This document shows, piece by piece, positions 23,506 through 37,019 of a DNA stretch of 64,000 nucleotides. Each line of letters starts with the position of its first letter. The first letter of the stretch is position 1. A program made the position numbers and the translations under genes. Source of the stretch: Malacoraja senta (taxonomy: Eukaryota); assembly GCA_038087875.1 (NCBI GenBank), contig JAXLNO010000709.1, positions 62,001 to 126,000 of the forward strand, in the 5' to 3' direction. The notes under the pieces were generated by a model. The model ran no database searches, was not told the origin of the DNA, and was given only the letters and a program-made list of their open reading frames with translations.

Positions 23506-26500
23506 AGCCTACTGATTTAGCTAATCTTATCCATAGCAGCAATGGTGCAGCTACTTTCTGGATCACTGTTGCAAACACGTGTCATGATGACATCACCAAA
23601 TTACTAATTTGGTTTTAGCTTTGCTTTAGTTTCTTTAAAGCAAATATGATAATTTAAACTAAAATAGAAAGTTAGTGTGACCCAGACAAAAAAGAAATAA
23701 ATCAGACCACACACCAGGTATAGAAACAATATTTTGCTTCAAGCAGGGACTGCAGAGGCAATTTTACATGAAAGAGAAACAAATTTACTGCAAATATTAA
23801 ACGGGGATTTCACTCAATGTACTAAAACAGATTTTTGTAATGTGCGAAGTAGAATTTTTCGTGAAGGTTGAAAAATAATCCTGTGATTGTATCATAATTT
23901 CAAATTTATTTGTATATCCACCTAAGTAAACTGAAGTAATTTTCTACTCTGATTAATATTTACAGTGTTTCACACATGAATGTTACATGGGGTTTTGGAG
24001 CAATAGGTACGTGCCTACAAATGGAATTACTTCTCTTATTTGGTGCTTCTAAATTTTAGTGACTGCACCCCAACATTCAAATAACGGCACCCCTGACTAT
24101 GTGATAACCCCACATAATCACAGTCAGTGTACCCCAAAATTAATTAATTAATGGACGGAGAGACAATGGCTTTTTATGTTTATTAGGAAATTAAATACCT
24201 CAAGACCACACCGAAGCACTAGGTTGAATTCAGGAACGTTTTTGAAAGGGACAAGGCTAATTGTTTGATCATATTGGGGAAGAGGATAACAAAACTGGTA
24301 TTAGTGGTTGTAATGGAATTTGTTCTGCACTTTCTAAGATGCCAAAAATACTTAAACAGCGTTTGAAGATGTTAAGGCACATTATAAATGCAATGGTTAT
24401 CTAATCTGTACTTTGAACATTAACATTCTTCATAACTTTATGCCGATTACAAACAAGTGCACCATGATGCCTATTCATAATTAATAATCAAGTTTGTTTA
24501 ACATTTGTAAGGGCACAAGCCAAAATATTTTCCAAACATTACAGTTGACTTGGATTTGGCTCCAAGTGAGTCAAGAGGTATTTAAAATTTGCTCCCATAA
24601 AATGAAGTTTTCTAAAAATTTGCCAGCTGGTCACCTTTGGACAGAGATGAAAGGTAGCTCATATAACTAAATAAATAAGAATATTAGAACACCTGCCTGC
24701 ACTTGTAATAATCCCTGCTCAAGTTAACAATTTATACAATGTTAATGGTCATTTAAATAAAATTATCTCCACATGCATACATAAAATGTATAGTGGGGAT
24801 CTGTTCACCTTGCATGCAAGGAAAAACTTCACTACTTATGTCATGAGTATGAGGTATTTAGTATACTAAATTTAACTATTTTACTGTCCCTCCAATTAAT
24901 CTGTGAATTCATTGTATATATCAGCAGTGACGACAACTACACCAGCAGTGTTAAATGCTCCAGACCTTCTAATTTATGACTCTGCAGCAAATTAGTTATA
25001 CTTGAAAACCCGTTTCACATCTTCCATTTAGTCGTGTCAAATCCTCGAAAGCAATAATCCTTTTGAAGCTGAATGTTAAATATTGGAGTAGCCTAAGCTT
25101 ATAAACTGAATTCCTCAACACTTTCCAAGCAAACTAACGCAGAAGCAGCAAAGCAAAATGGTGCACAATTAGATATGAAACCTGAAGATCAGTGAAAAAT
25201 AGTTTATAATTAGGAAAATGTCCTGACATCAACTGTGAATTTTAAATTCCCTTGAGCTTGGAGAAAGGGAAGGAAGATGTAAAACAGACCTCAGCCACAT
25301 TGTTAACATCTTGCAGTTAAAACTGACATTAGTTCCTGTATGGTTTGACGGTCATGTGGGATGTCTGCTACATTAAAATGTGCATCACTTTAATAAGCCT
25401 ATGCAGCTGCAAAATGGTGTTTACCAACCATGTGGGCATAGTCCTTTGGTGTAAGTGCAACCAAAAGATTCTTTTTAGCTTCTTGTACCCTCTCACGCTA
25501 TGAAATCAGATGTTGTGCAGATAGCAATGTAATATTTTTAACTCAATTTTGGAAAATGATTTTTGAAAAATAAACATGAGACTTACAGAGGAAAGATTGA
25601 TATAAACAAAGATCCAGTACTAAGTTTCCTCTACATATGAATTTTCTTTCTGAACAATAAACTATTCTTCCCATCCATTTTGAATTAACCTCCCTTGCGC
25701 AAGGGTACTTCATAGTCACAGTAAGCTTCTTTGTGTTTTTTCCCCATTCTGCCTTGCCTTAAAGCTCAAATAATTGGAAGTTTATGTTTAATTTTGTTGT
25801 GGTTTTCCCCTTGCCTTTAACCTCCAACTGAAAAGGATTAATAATTTATTGTAGCCCAGGTGCAAAATGAGCTATGATAAAACTCTCTTTTCCTCCATTC
25901 CACTTCCATTTTCACATTTACTCTTTGCCTCGTGCAAGTTGATTTGATTCATGTGGAGATAATTCCCATGGAAAATTTAATAATTTGATGAGTAAGGTAG
26001 GTCAAGCTTTTTACACTGGGTTATATTTCCAATTGGATTGTATAGGTATGCTAGGTATTGATAGTGCAGTTCATAAATTCATAAGACATAGAGGCAGAAT
26101 TAGGCCGTTTGGCCCATCGAGTCTGTTCCACCATTTGATCATAGCTGTCGTCTCAACTCCTTTCTCCTGCCGTCTCCCCATAACCTTTGACACCCTTACT
26201 AATTAAGAAGCTATCAATTTTGAATTCAATTCAAAGAATATGTATTAAACATTCTCTGCGACAGAAAATTATAATCAATTACTATCAACGAATAAACTGG
26301 AATGATTGTGAAAGAATTTGGTAACTCTTCATGGTAACCTCTGCCTCTGGTTTTTTGATTTACATCTATTTTCTTTTGGTAACTTACTACCTCACACTCT
26401 TTAAAGTAAACTTTTGTCTGCTATTCGTCCCTTGAGGCAAGTCAAATGCAAATATTTAGCAAAGTATGTGTGGTTCCAAATATAAATGAAAACTCCATCT

Positions 26501-27385
26501 GTTCTGGCAAACTGTGATTGTAGATTGTTTGGACCAAAGAAAGAAGGCTTGAACCGATTATGGTTTAAAACGACACAGACTTTGCATCAGTCTCTGATGG
26601 GCCAAAGTCTGTTTAATGTCATTTAAAAATTATTTTGGCCACCAAAATAAATAATATTTTGAAAATATTTCACTGCAACAATAATCATTTTTTGATCTTT
26701 GAGCTATTCAAAGCAGGAAAAACATCACACACCACCTCTGAAAATGTGGAACTTAATATGGTTGAAGTTAGTATTTATATATTGAGATTCAGAGTTTCTA
26801 CGTGTTAATGAACTGTTCAAATTTCTGCCATCAATAGTTAATATTTCATATAAATATTATGAAGAAATGTGTTGGAAGATTGTGGCCATTTGAGTACCAT
26901 TTATCACTGAACAAAATAATTTATGATATTTCACTTCTGCCTCACATCCTTCAATATCTTTGTATTTTTGAAAAAGATTTTAGATTAATTTAGGGTGCTA
27001 AGTGACTACTGCCAATATTGTGATGATTTGAATAATAGTCTTAAAGTACCATTGACGTCTATTCATTGTAACTGGAAGATGATAGGTATAATTAGTAGTT
27101 GACAGAAAAGAAAATGGTCCTTGATAAGAGTGCGTACTTGTTACCTGATTCAAAAATATATATTTTTAGTAGGTTACTTGAGCTTAAACATTTTTTTGAT
27201 TTAGTGCCCAGACTTCTGGGCTGAATTCGCTTCTAGGAACTGTTTTATCATTTTCATTGACTTACTTACTCCTGTATTAATTAATTAATTCTAGGTTTTT
27301 TTCTTCAGAGAATGATACGATAGGAAAATCCAGTGTATGACATAACTAAATTTAAATGTTGTTGAACTTCTGGATACTAATTGTG

Positions 27386-27497
27386 TTTAGTTAGTTTAGT
27401 TTAGAGGTATAGCGCAGAAACAAGCCCTTCGGCCCTTTGGCCCACCGGCGCAAGCGCTGTAAGGCAGCTACTCTACTGCTGCGCCACCGTGCCGCCC
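27386..27497 (-). mobile_element. Internally deleted HE1-type SINE
   Basis: The SINE head (rc ggcggcacggtggcgcagcagtagag) is joined directly to the tail (gccgaagggcttgtttctgcgct...taaactaaac). Confidence 0.75.
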
Positions 27498-27934
27498 CAT
27501 ACATGGATTGTGTTGTTGCTACTGGGACATTATTCTTTTGAAAGACTGCCATAATACTACCGTAGTCTCTGAGATCAATTCCGCTACTGTACCTTCTCCT
27601 TCAAATTAAATGGTACAGATGATTGTCACAAATATATGCACTGCACAAAATATCAAGGAAATGGCAGTAATGTGAAACCAACTCTATGTTACGAGACTAG
27701 AACAGCTTCTATTTATGTAGATCACATCTGAACAAAGGCCTGAATGGCTGCTTGAATACAACAAGCCACTGCTTTCATTCATAAAAAAAAGCAGTACAAC
27801 AGAATTGTAAATTGAACGTACCTGTTCCCGCTTTTTTTTCATTCAAAATCTTTGGGTCTCAAATATATACTTGCAGTTCCAGGGGGTTAACTAGATGTAT
27901 ATAATGTATTAAGATGTCGCCAAAAGTCTTCGTT

Positions 27935-28530
27935 CACAAGTCCTATAGTTTGTACATAAGTGATAGGATCAGAATGAAGCCATTCGGCCCATCAAGTCTA
28001 TTCCGCCATTCAATCATGGCTGATCTATCTCTCCCTCCCAACCCCATTCTCCTGCCTTCTCCCCATAACCCCTGATACCTGTACTAATCAAGAATCTATC
28101 TATCTCTGCCTTAAAAATATCCATTGACTTGGCCTCCACAGCCTTCTGTGGTAATGAATTCCACAGGTTCACCACCCTCTGACTAAAGAAATTCCTCCTC
28201 TCCATCCTAAAGCAACGTCCTCTAATTCTAAGGCTATGACCTCTGGTCCTAGACTCTCCCACAAGTGAAACATCCTCTCCACATTCACTCTATCCAGGCC
28301 TTTCACTATTTGGTAAGTTTCAATGAAGTTCCCCATCATCCTTCTAACCTCCAGCAAGTATAGGCCCAGTGCCGTCGAACGGTCAACATATGTGAACCCA
28401 CTCATTCCTGGGATCATGCTCGTAAACCACCTCTGGACCCTCTCCAGAGCCAGCACAACATTCCTCAGATATGGGGCCCAAAATTGCTCACACTACTCCA
28501 AATGCAGCCTGACCAGCGTCTTATAGAGCC
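27935..28530 (-). mobile_element. CR1 LINE 3' end
   Basis: ORFs 28169-28456 and 28014-28262 carry CR1 C-terminal motifs. Confidence 0.88.
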
Positions 28531-29659
28531 TCATAGTTTGGATACAAAAGAATAAATATTTCCTGGTCTGTTTCTGGAACTGATTCCATATTGTTTTACA
28601 ATTGTGGTTAAACCTTTCTGAATTTGTATTATACTCACAATTTAACTAGACTTGAAGGTTTAGCTTGATAATCATCTGAATATATATTTACTATCCTCTT
28701 CACTAAAGCTGCAGGTTCAAAGATACAGGGGGCTTTATTTGCTATAAAATGACATATCTCCTATGACTATAAATTAAACAACTGGGAGCAAGTTTAGACT
28801 ATTACAATCAGAAGCAGACTTTTTGAAGGAGTAATATTTTGTGATAACTTTGGGAACTGTTAATGTTCTTTACATTGTACAATCAATGTGAACAGAATTT
28901 TCACCAGGCATGTTAATATATTTGCTGTCATCTGCTAACAACTTTTAAATAGTGTCAGGGCAACGTAGCCACATGCATGCTGTGTGCAGTCACATGGTAT
29001 TTTGCCTGATATTTAGCCATTTCTATCCACACAGGATGATGAATAGAGGGGGTTGGAGCCAGTTTGTGAAAAGTCTGCATTTTGTCATTAACACCGACCA
29101 GTGGAGATTGAAAGCAAAACTCAGTACTGAAGATAACTAGGTACTCCCTTAAAGTCCAGCTATCTTTCTCTTGATTTGCCTCAATGTTCCCAAATTAATT
29201 TTCAGAATGAATATAGCAATGACATGTGTTTTCCCATTATAAACAACGATCATTAAAAAGGCTTAGATCCACTGCAGGAGAAAAGTGGGAAAATTAAAAT
29301 TTAGTGATTAGTTTAATTTCCCTTTACTAATGGATTTCCATCAAGACTAACAGTGATAAAGGAGAGATTGAAGCTGTCATCACATTAACTATTTCAGATG
29401 AAATTTAACTTGCATTCTGATCCATACAATGAGATTGCAGGTAGATTCCATTTCTGCATTGCTAATCCACTATAGGTCACATTTTTTGTTTATATTGTGA
29501 TTATGGTCATTTTTCACTTTTGTGTATAAACATTGTCAGCATGTTGTGCTAGATGTCTTTGATGCACTGTGCTTTTTTTTTGTAGACCAAACGAAGCTAC
29601 AATGCATATTTCAATTAAAAAATTAATTTCACCCCTCTCACCTTGTCATTGAGATACAT

Positions 29660-30010
29660 GAAAGTAGTTCCTAGGTCCTTGAAAGTGGCGCCACAGGTAG
29701 ATAGGCTGGTCAAGAAGGCTATAAGCACATTGGCCTTCATTAGACAGAAGATCGAATATAGAAGTTGAGAGGTTATGTTACAGTTGTACAAGACATTGGT
29801 TAGGCCACTTTTAGAATATTGTGTTCAGTTTTGGTCATGCTGTCACAGGAACGATGTTGAAATGGAAAGGGTGCAGAGAAAATTTACGAGAATGTTGCCA
29901 GGACCCGAGGGCCTGAGCTATAGGGAGAGGTTGAGCATGCTAGGACTTTATTCCCTGCAGTGCAGAGGATGGGGTGTGTATAAAATTATGAGAGGAATAG
30001 TTAGGGCGGA
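29660..30010 (+). mobile_element. CR1 LINE fragment
   Basis: ORF 29775-30014 LYKTLVRPLLEYCVQFW...VQRKFTRMLPG. Confidence 0.85.
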
Positions 30011-31430
30011 ATGAGTCGGCGACGATGATGATGGACGCGACGGGCAAGGAGCAAGGCTAGTAGGAGAGAGAAACGGTGTCTGGCCTACCATGTCCTCAAG
30101 GTCGGCTGCGGTAGGTCGGCCCGGGGCACAAACGTGGACGGGAGAGAAGAGGGACGTTGCATCCAAGAAAGAGGATGTCTGGAGACCTGCAACAGCCTGG
30201 GGCTTGCCCGGATCGGTCATCGCCCATAAGAACGAGAGCACGGCTTGGACTTTGAAAATGGCGCCAAAACATGGCGCCTCCTGCATGTGGACTCAGTGGA
30301 CTATTTCTATACACTTGCTAATCGAGGATGTGCTTAAGTATGGGAATACTGTACTGGACTGTACATAAGAGAAGAATTTCACTGTCCATAGAAACATAGA
30401 AAAATAGGTGCAGGAGTAGGCCATTTGGCCCTTTGAGCCAGCACCGCCATTCAATATGACCATGGCCCATTTGCACGTGACAATAAAAGCACCATTGAGC
30501 CATTGAAGTTGGCTGAAGGGCCTGTTTACACACTATTTGACTCCGTTACTTGACAAGCAGCAATGGGCTCAGCATTGATCCCAGAAGCACACCACTAGTC
30601 GCAAGCCTCAAGTTCTGAAAAACAACCATCCATCACTATTCTCTGCTTTCTACCAGGAAGGCAATTATGTATTCAGTAGGTCAGCTCTCCCTGAATCCCA
30701 TGCGACTATCTCGAGCAGCCTACCATGCAGAATCTTGCTAAAGTCGTTGTGGACAACATCAATGGCCATGCCTTCACCGACCTCCTTGGTTACTTCTTCA
30801 ATAAAACTCGCTCAAGTTTGTGAGACACGATTTCCCATGTACAAAACCAAGCTGACAATCTGTAATCAACCTCTGTCTTTCCCAATGCATGTATGCATGC
30901 AAGTAAGTGCTCACCACCAGACTCAGGAACAACTTCCTTCCCTCCTTTATCGTGCTTCTGAACAGTTCTTCCGTAAGCTTGGTGTTTGATCCACCTCTAC
31001 CCAATTCAGTGTTCAAGATTTTGTCTAAGGTATTGATGCCCTACAATGCTGAGAACGACACTCTGCACTCTGTATCTTCCACTTTGCTCTATTTACTTGA
31101 GTTTGAACTGATTCTACACATGGTATATCCGACCTGTTTGGATAGCATGCTAAACAAAACTTTTCACTTTACCTCTGTACAATAAACCTAAACCTATACC
31201 TTATCCCTCAAAATCATCGTCAGTATTTTTCAACCACAGATGTTAAGCTTACTGGTATGTGGTTTTGAGGTGCGTTTTTGCCGCCCTTCTTAAATAGAGG
31301 CACAGTATTTCTCCATCCATTCTCCAGTCTTCCGGCACCTCACTGTCTAATGATGATTCATATATCTCAGTCAGGACTCCTGCAATTCCTTCTCTAGCTT
31401 CCCACAGGTATCCTTGAATTATATGGGTTA

Positions 31431-31712
31431 GGGCAGCACAGTGGCGCAGGTGTCGAGTTACTGCCTTACAGTGCCAGAGATGTATCCTGACTTTGTATGC
31501 TGTCTGCACGAAGTTTGTACATTTCCCCTGTGACTGCATGGGTTTTCTCTGGGTGCTTGGGTTTCCTTCCACATCCCAAAGATGTGCAGATTTGTAGGTT
31601 AATTGGCTTCTGTAAAAATAATCCCTAGTGTGATAGAACTAGTGTATGGGGATCACGTCAGCGTGGACTTGGTGGGCCGATGTGCCAGTTTCTATGCTGT
31701 ATCTCTAAAACT
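31431..31712 (+). mobile_element. HE1-type SINE nested in an old CR1 fragment (about 30540-32020, minus)
   Basis: ggcagcacagtggcgcag head, central domain and tgctgtatctctaaaact tail. The flanks give CR1 RT remnants (QLGFVHGKSCLTNL; EVPEDWR). Confidence 0.8.
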
Positions 31713-32842
31713 ATATATCTGATCATGCCTGAGATGTATCTATCTTCATCTACCTCAGGATGTCCAGCATTTCCTTGACTATAATATGGACTATCCTCAA
31801 GACATCTCCTTTAAATTTCCCACGTTCCCTAGCTTAATGACTTTCTTCACTGTAAAAAGAGAGGGGAAACATTGATTGAGGGTCGTGACCATCTCCTGTG
31901 GCTCCATGCATCGATGACCACTTTGGTTTCTTGGGGGGTTCCCATTCTTTCTGTAATAACCCTTTTCCCCTTAATGTAGTGAGACGATCCTTTGGACTCC
32001 TCTTAATCTTATCTGCTAGAGCTATTACTGGCTGAATTAGGGGTTAGCTGTAAGATCTTTACATTTGGTTGAATTTAGAAAGCTCGAGTATTTAGAAAGC
32101 AACAAGACATTTGTGACAATCACAGCAGAAACCTGTTTTCAGGATTAGTACAAGTTGCATTGTTTAAAAGCTTCGTTTAGAACATTGTCTTATCCCGTTT
32201 ATTAATTTGATTACAGGAAGGGAGAAAATAAACTGGCTAGCAACTTCTGGATACAATAAACGATGAGAGTGTTTACCTCCCAGGATCTGTGTGGATGAAT
32301 TGAATTATATTTAAGTGTTATGTTAATGCATTGAAAGCATTTTTTGGGATATTCCTGGCAAACGATATGAACTTCTCTGCAAAAACGTGCTTTCAGCAGT
32401 AAAGACTGGGTTGATGACAAAATATGTCTAAGAGCTCAGTGTCTTATTGCAATGGGATTGATCAAAAGCAACTTGGATTGTCCACTTGGAGCAACTTGGA
32501 TAGTAGCGCAAAGCACTCGTGTATTGGAAGGCAAAAATAGTTGAAAGATTGAAATAGCTCACATTAAAAGGGAGTAAAGGTAATGTGAACTGGGCAATAT
32601 TGAGTGTTTTTGTTGCAGCAATTTGGAGTACTCACACATTTTTGTACTTTGGTATTTGAAAGAATTCACTTTTGGATCATTGAGAATGTTCTCTAGTGTG
32701 TTAACCAACCAACCAATATGAGAAAATGTTATGATTACAAACAGATTGAGAATTTCTCTAATCAAACCATATTATTGAAAGCAAAGTTTGCAAGGAAAAT
32801 ACATGTCTGTGTGCAATTTTGACAGCTTGCCTTAGTAAATCT

Positions 32843-33038
32843 ATAGGGAGGAACTGCCGATGCTGGTTTAAACCGAAGATAGACCCAAAAACCTGGAGTA
32901 ACTCAGCGGGTCAGACAGCAATCTGGAGAAAAGGTATAGGTGACGTTTCAGAAGAAGGGTCTCGACCCGAAACGTCACCTAGTCCCTTTTCTCCAGAGAT
33001 GCTGTCTGACCCGCTGAGTTACTCCAACTTTTTGTGTC
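32843..33038. repeat. Collapsed inverted dyad of Penelope pseudo-LTR repeats
   Basis: ggagtaactcagcgggtcagacagc...aggtgacgtttc directly followed by agaagaagggtctcgacccgaaacgtcacct...gctgtctgacccgctgagttactcc. Confidence 0.8.
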
Positions 33039-33465
33039 ATAGAACCATAGAAAATAGGTTCAGGAGTAGGCCATTCTGCCCTTTGAGACAGCACCACCAT
33101 TCAATATGATCATGGCTGATCATCCAAAAGAATTATGCCGTTCCTGCTTTATCCCCATATCTCTTGATTCCTTTAGCCCGAAGAGCTAAATCTAACTCTC
33201 TCTTGAAAACATCCAGTGAATTTACCTCCACTGCCTTCTGCGGCAGAGAATTCCACAAATTCACAAATCTGGGTGAAAAAGCTTTTCCTCATCTCAGTCC
33301 TAAATGACCTGCACCTAATTCTTAAACTGTGTCCCCTGGTTCTGGACTCCCCCACCATCGGGAACATTTTTCCTGCATCTAGCCTGTCCTATCCCTTAAG
33401 AATTCTATATGTTTCTCTAAGATCCCCTCTCATCCTTCTAAATTCCATTGAATACAAGCCCAGTC
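33038..33465 (-). mobile_element. CR1 LINE 3' end
   Basis: ORF 33173-33367 MFPMVGESRTRGHSLRI plus the catagaaaatagg tail. Confidence 0.88.
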
Positions 33466-33468
33466 TAA

Positions 33469-34266
33469 AAGGCCTGTCCCACTTTTCAGCAACTGTCTTC
33501 GACCTTGAAGGTCGAGGGCACTCGCCTGAAAACCCTCGAGCTGGATCGACCGTCAGCGATGAAACCGCGAGCTGGATCGACCGTCAGCACGCACACACAC
33601 AAACAAACACATCACAAAGGCGGGGGCCAGGGAAAGCGGGGGAGCGCTGTCTGAAATTCACACCTGCGATGGACAGGAAGGTAAAAGATGGCTGGCACAG
33701 TGTACGGTAAGTCCTTTAAATGTAAAGCACTTTGGCCAACGAGAGTTGTTTTTTAAATGTGCTATATAAATAAATGTGACTTGACTTGACTTTAGAGAGC
33801 AGGGAGGGGGACGAGGAGAGAAGGGGGGGTGGGGGGGGGGGGTAGAAGGAGTGGAGACATTTTTAAGAAGCCAGACAACTTTTAATAAAGTTTAGCGGGC
33901 ATTTAACATTACCGGTCGGTTTTCCTTGGTTCTGAAAACTTCAATGAGCCAATTAAAATGCCCAGTCAACAAAGGAGATTGCCTACGGCTACCTCGACTG
34001 CCTATAACTACATGGCGACCCCACTACCACTGCATTACGAGTTCAAAAGAACCATGCCGACCAATTTTTACTCGCAGAAAATTTTTCAGCATGCTGAACA
34101 TTTTTCCTCGATCAAACTGAGGCCGCGAGTATGCGGGAACTTCTCTCGGGCATGAAGGAGAGTTACAGTGACCTCCTAGGACCACGTGTCGACCATGCTG
34201 CGAGTTTGTGGTGAGCGCAAACTCTTCTAAACTCGCAAATTAGGTCGCCTTAGTGGGACAGGCCCT
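33469..34266. mobile_element. PIF/Harbinger-type MITE (family A)
   Basis: TIR ggcctgtcccact / agtgggacaggcc, with TAA on both sides (33466-33468, 34267-34269). The interior is homologous to 48164-48898. Confidence 0.85.
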
Positions 34267-35262
34267 TAACTTCTAACTTTCCCTACATAAATGTTACGTA
34301 CACTTGATTTAGGATAACCCTTGTTAAGGATTATTTTTGTGAATATGCATGCCCAAACTTCCTATGGGATTCTTGCTGCTGTCATTTGATCTGCATTCTC
34401 TCATTGAACTCTTTATGAAATCTCGTTATGAAGTACCATTTTTTTTACAAATTGCCAGACCTATACCCAGGGTTCCCGTGGCAGGTTGGACCCCGTTCAG
34501 AGAGTCCATTTGTTTTAGTAGAGAGGAATGGTTTCTTGAGATAGTTATGTCAGACCCGAAGAGGAAGAGTTTCAGTTTTATCTCTGGAGAGAAGGAATGG
34601 GTGACGTTTCGGGTCGAGACCCTTCTGCAGACTCTGAATGAGTCCCCAGAGATGCTGCCTGTCCCGCTGAGTTACTCCAGCATTTTGTGTCTATCTTCGG
34701 TTTAAACCAGCATCTGCAGTTCCTTCCTACGAGTTTTAGTTGTTATTCATGATTGGTTTGATCCCTGTTATCACGATGTTGCAATGTCAGAAAATATGGA
34801 TGAGGAGGAGGAATTTAGGGATCTAGTAACAGATATTACTGGAAAAAACGTGGACAGGAAAAAAACCTGAATCACATAAAGATTTTTTGGCTTTCATGTT
34901 AAGGTGGCTTGTTTAGAAAGGTTAATAAGTTATACAACAAGGGAAAACATATTTTAACAATCAGTGAGTTCAATGTGGATTCTCTACAGTTAAACTTGAG
35001 ACTGAGGTGTTGGATTGTGAAAGGAAATTGCCTGGATTGTGGTTGTATTATCTTTTGTGCTGAACAACTAGTGATATAATGAGTGAGTTTGAGATGATGA
35101 AAATTATTCCCTCTGGTGGTAGAATTTGGCATGGAGAGCCATGAGCTCGATAGGGATGTTCAAGGAGCGCATGATAATGCAAAGGGTAGTGGGGACTTAT
35201 TCAACTGAAAACCAAATCTGCTCATAATATTCTGACTAGCGTCAAACAAATTATTAAATAGA

Positions 35263-35700
35263 TTGAAAAGACTAGGCTTGTATTCACTGGAGTTTAGAAG
35301 GATGAGGGGGAATCTTATAGAAACATATAAAATTATAAAAGGACTGGACAAGCTAGATGCAGGAAAAATGTTCCCAATGTTGGGCGAGTCCAGAACCAGG
35401 GGCCACAGTCTTAGAATAATGGGGAGGTCATTTAAGACTGAGGTGAGAAAAAACGTTTTCACCCAGAGAGTTGTGAATTTATGGAATTCCCTGCCAAAAA
35501 GGGCAGTGGAGGCCAAATCACTGGATGGATTTAAGAGAGAGTTAGATAGAGCTCTGGGGGCTAGTGGAGTCAAGGGATATGGGGAGAAGGCAGGCACGGG
35601 TTATTGATAGGGGACGATCAGCCATGATCATAATGAATGGCGGTGCTGGCTCGAAGGGCCGAATGGCCTCCTCGTGCACCTATTTTCTATGTCTATGTCT
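35263..35700 (+). mobile_element. CR1 LINE 3' end
   Basis: Uninterrupted ORF 35263-35607 (LGLYSLEFRRMRGNLIETYKI...GYGEKAG) plus a (ctatgt)n tail. Confidence 0.9.
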
Positions 35701-35952
35701 ATATAGCCTAAATAAGAAACACCAACTTTCTGCAGAGTAGAAAAGTACATTCAGCCTAGCTGATGACTGGTTGAACACCGATTTTACGGCACCCTCAGTT
35801 CCAAAGCCATTCTGCATTAACCGTTTCTCTGGACTGACAGACATCATGTGATAATGAAAATACAAGACACCCCTGGGGCTGCTAATGACTCCCCTACAGT
35901 GTCTCTGAAGCACCATGGAGTGCCCGACGCTTAAATAAAACAAATATAAAAT

Positions 35953-36175
35953 GTAGACACAAAATGCTGAATAACTCAGCGGGTCAGACAACATCTCTGG
36001 ATAAAAGGAATTGGTGATGTTTTGGGTCAAGACCCTTATTCAGACTGAGATGTGGGTCTTGGCCGGAAATGTCACCCATTCCTTTTCTCCAGAAATGCTC
36101 TCTGTCCCGCTGAGTTACTCCAGCATTTTGTGTCTATCTACGGTGTAAACCAGCATCTGCAGTTCCTTCCTACAC
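35953..36175. repeat. Inverted dyad of Penelope pseudo-LTR repeats
   Basis: gtagacacaaaatgctg...cttattcagactg is mirrored by ...ccagcattttgtgtctatc. Confidence 0.75.
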
Positions 36176-37019
36176 AAATATAACATGTAAACAGATTGTG
36201 AATGGAATGACCTGCCGACCCATCCCGTGCTCCCACCGTCGCCCCGGCCGTTTAGAGTCCCGGCTTCCGCCTGCACTCCCGATTCGCAAAGTGCACCAGC
36301 GAGCCCTTCTTCACCCATGGCACGTTCCAGTGATATGGCTGTTGTTGCAGCTTGCGTTATAGCCACTGAGGACATTCTTCTGGTGGAGCTTACCTGGATC
36401 GCCACCTCCTCCTGTTCCCCCCCTCCCCCACCCCGTTCCCTCCACTGGATAATGGTGTCTTTTTATTCCTTCCATGTCTTTGTTTACTCAGGCTCTAATA
36501 AATCGTAATTTTGTGCCATGGAATCTTCGAGCATGGAAACAGGCCCTTAGATTAAATTCATCCAGACCTACCAAGATGCTACATCTAAGCAAGGCCTGTT
36601 TGGCCATATCTCTCTAAACCTATCCTCTGAACCAGTACCTGTCCAAATGTCTTTTAAATGTTGTTCTTGTATCTGCCTCAATTACTTTTTCTGGCAACTC
36701 ATTCCATATACTTGCTGCCCTCTGTGTGAATAAATTGCCCTCGGGTTCTGATTAAATCTTCCCCCTCTCACCTTGAAACTATGCCTTCTAGTTCTTGATT
36801 CTCCAACCCTTGATAAAAGACTGTGCATTCACCCTATGTATTTGTGTTATTCTTCCCATCTGATTCCAATAACTCTTTCACATCAACCTGATTGATTTCC
36901 TCAATCCCAGTCTTATTTGCAGCCAGTTAATGTCTTGGAGATTTTACAGGTTTATGAATCTCTGGAGGTTTGGTTTAATTTATTCTATTTCCAGTTTAGT
37001 TTATTTCCATTTATATCTT

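Noticed and set aside
29020..29146. Possible exon (ttctatccacacag acceptor, MMNRGGWSQF..., gtact donor-like site)
   Set aside because: The peptide is not recognisable, the donor is weak, and there are no supporting neighbouring exons.
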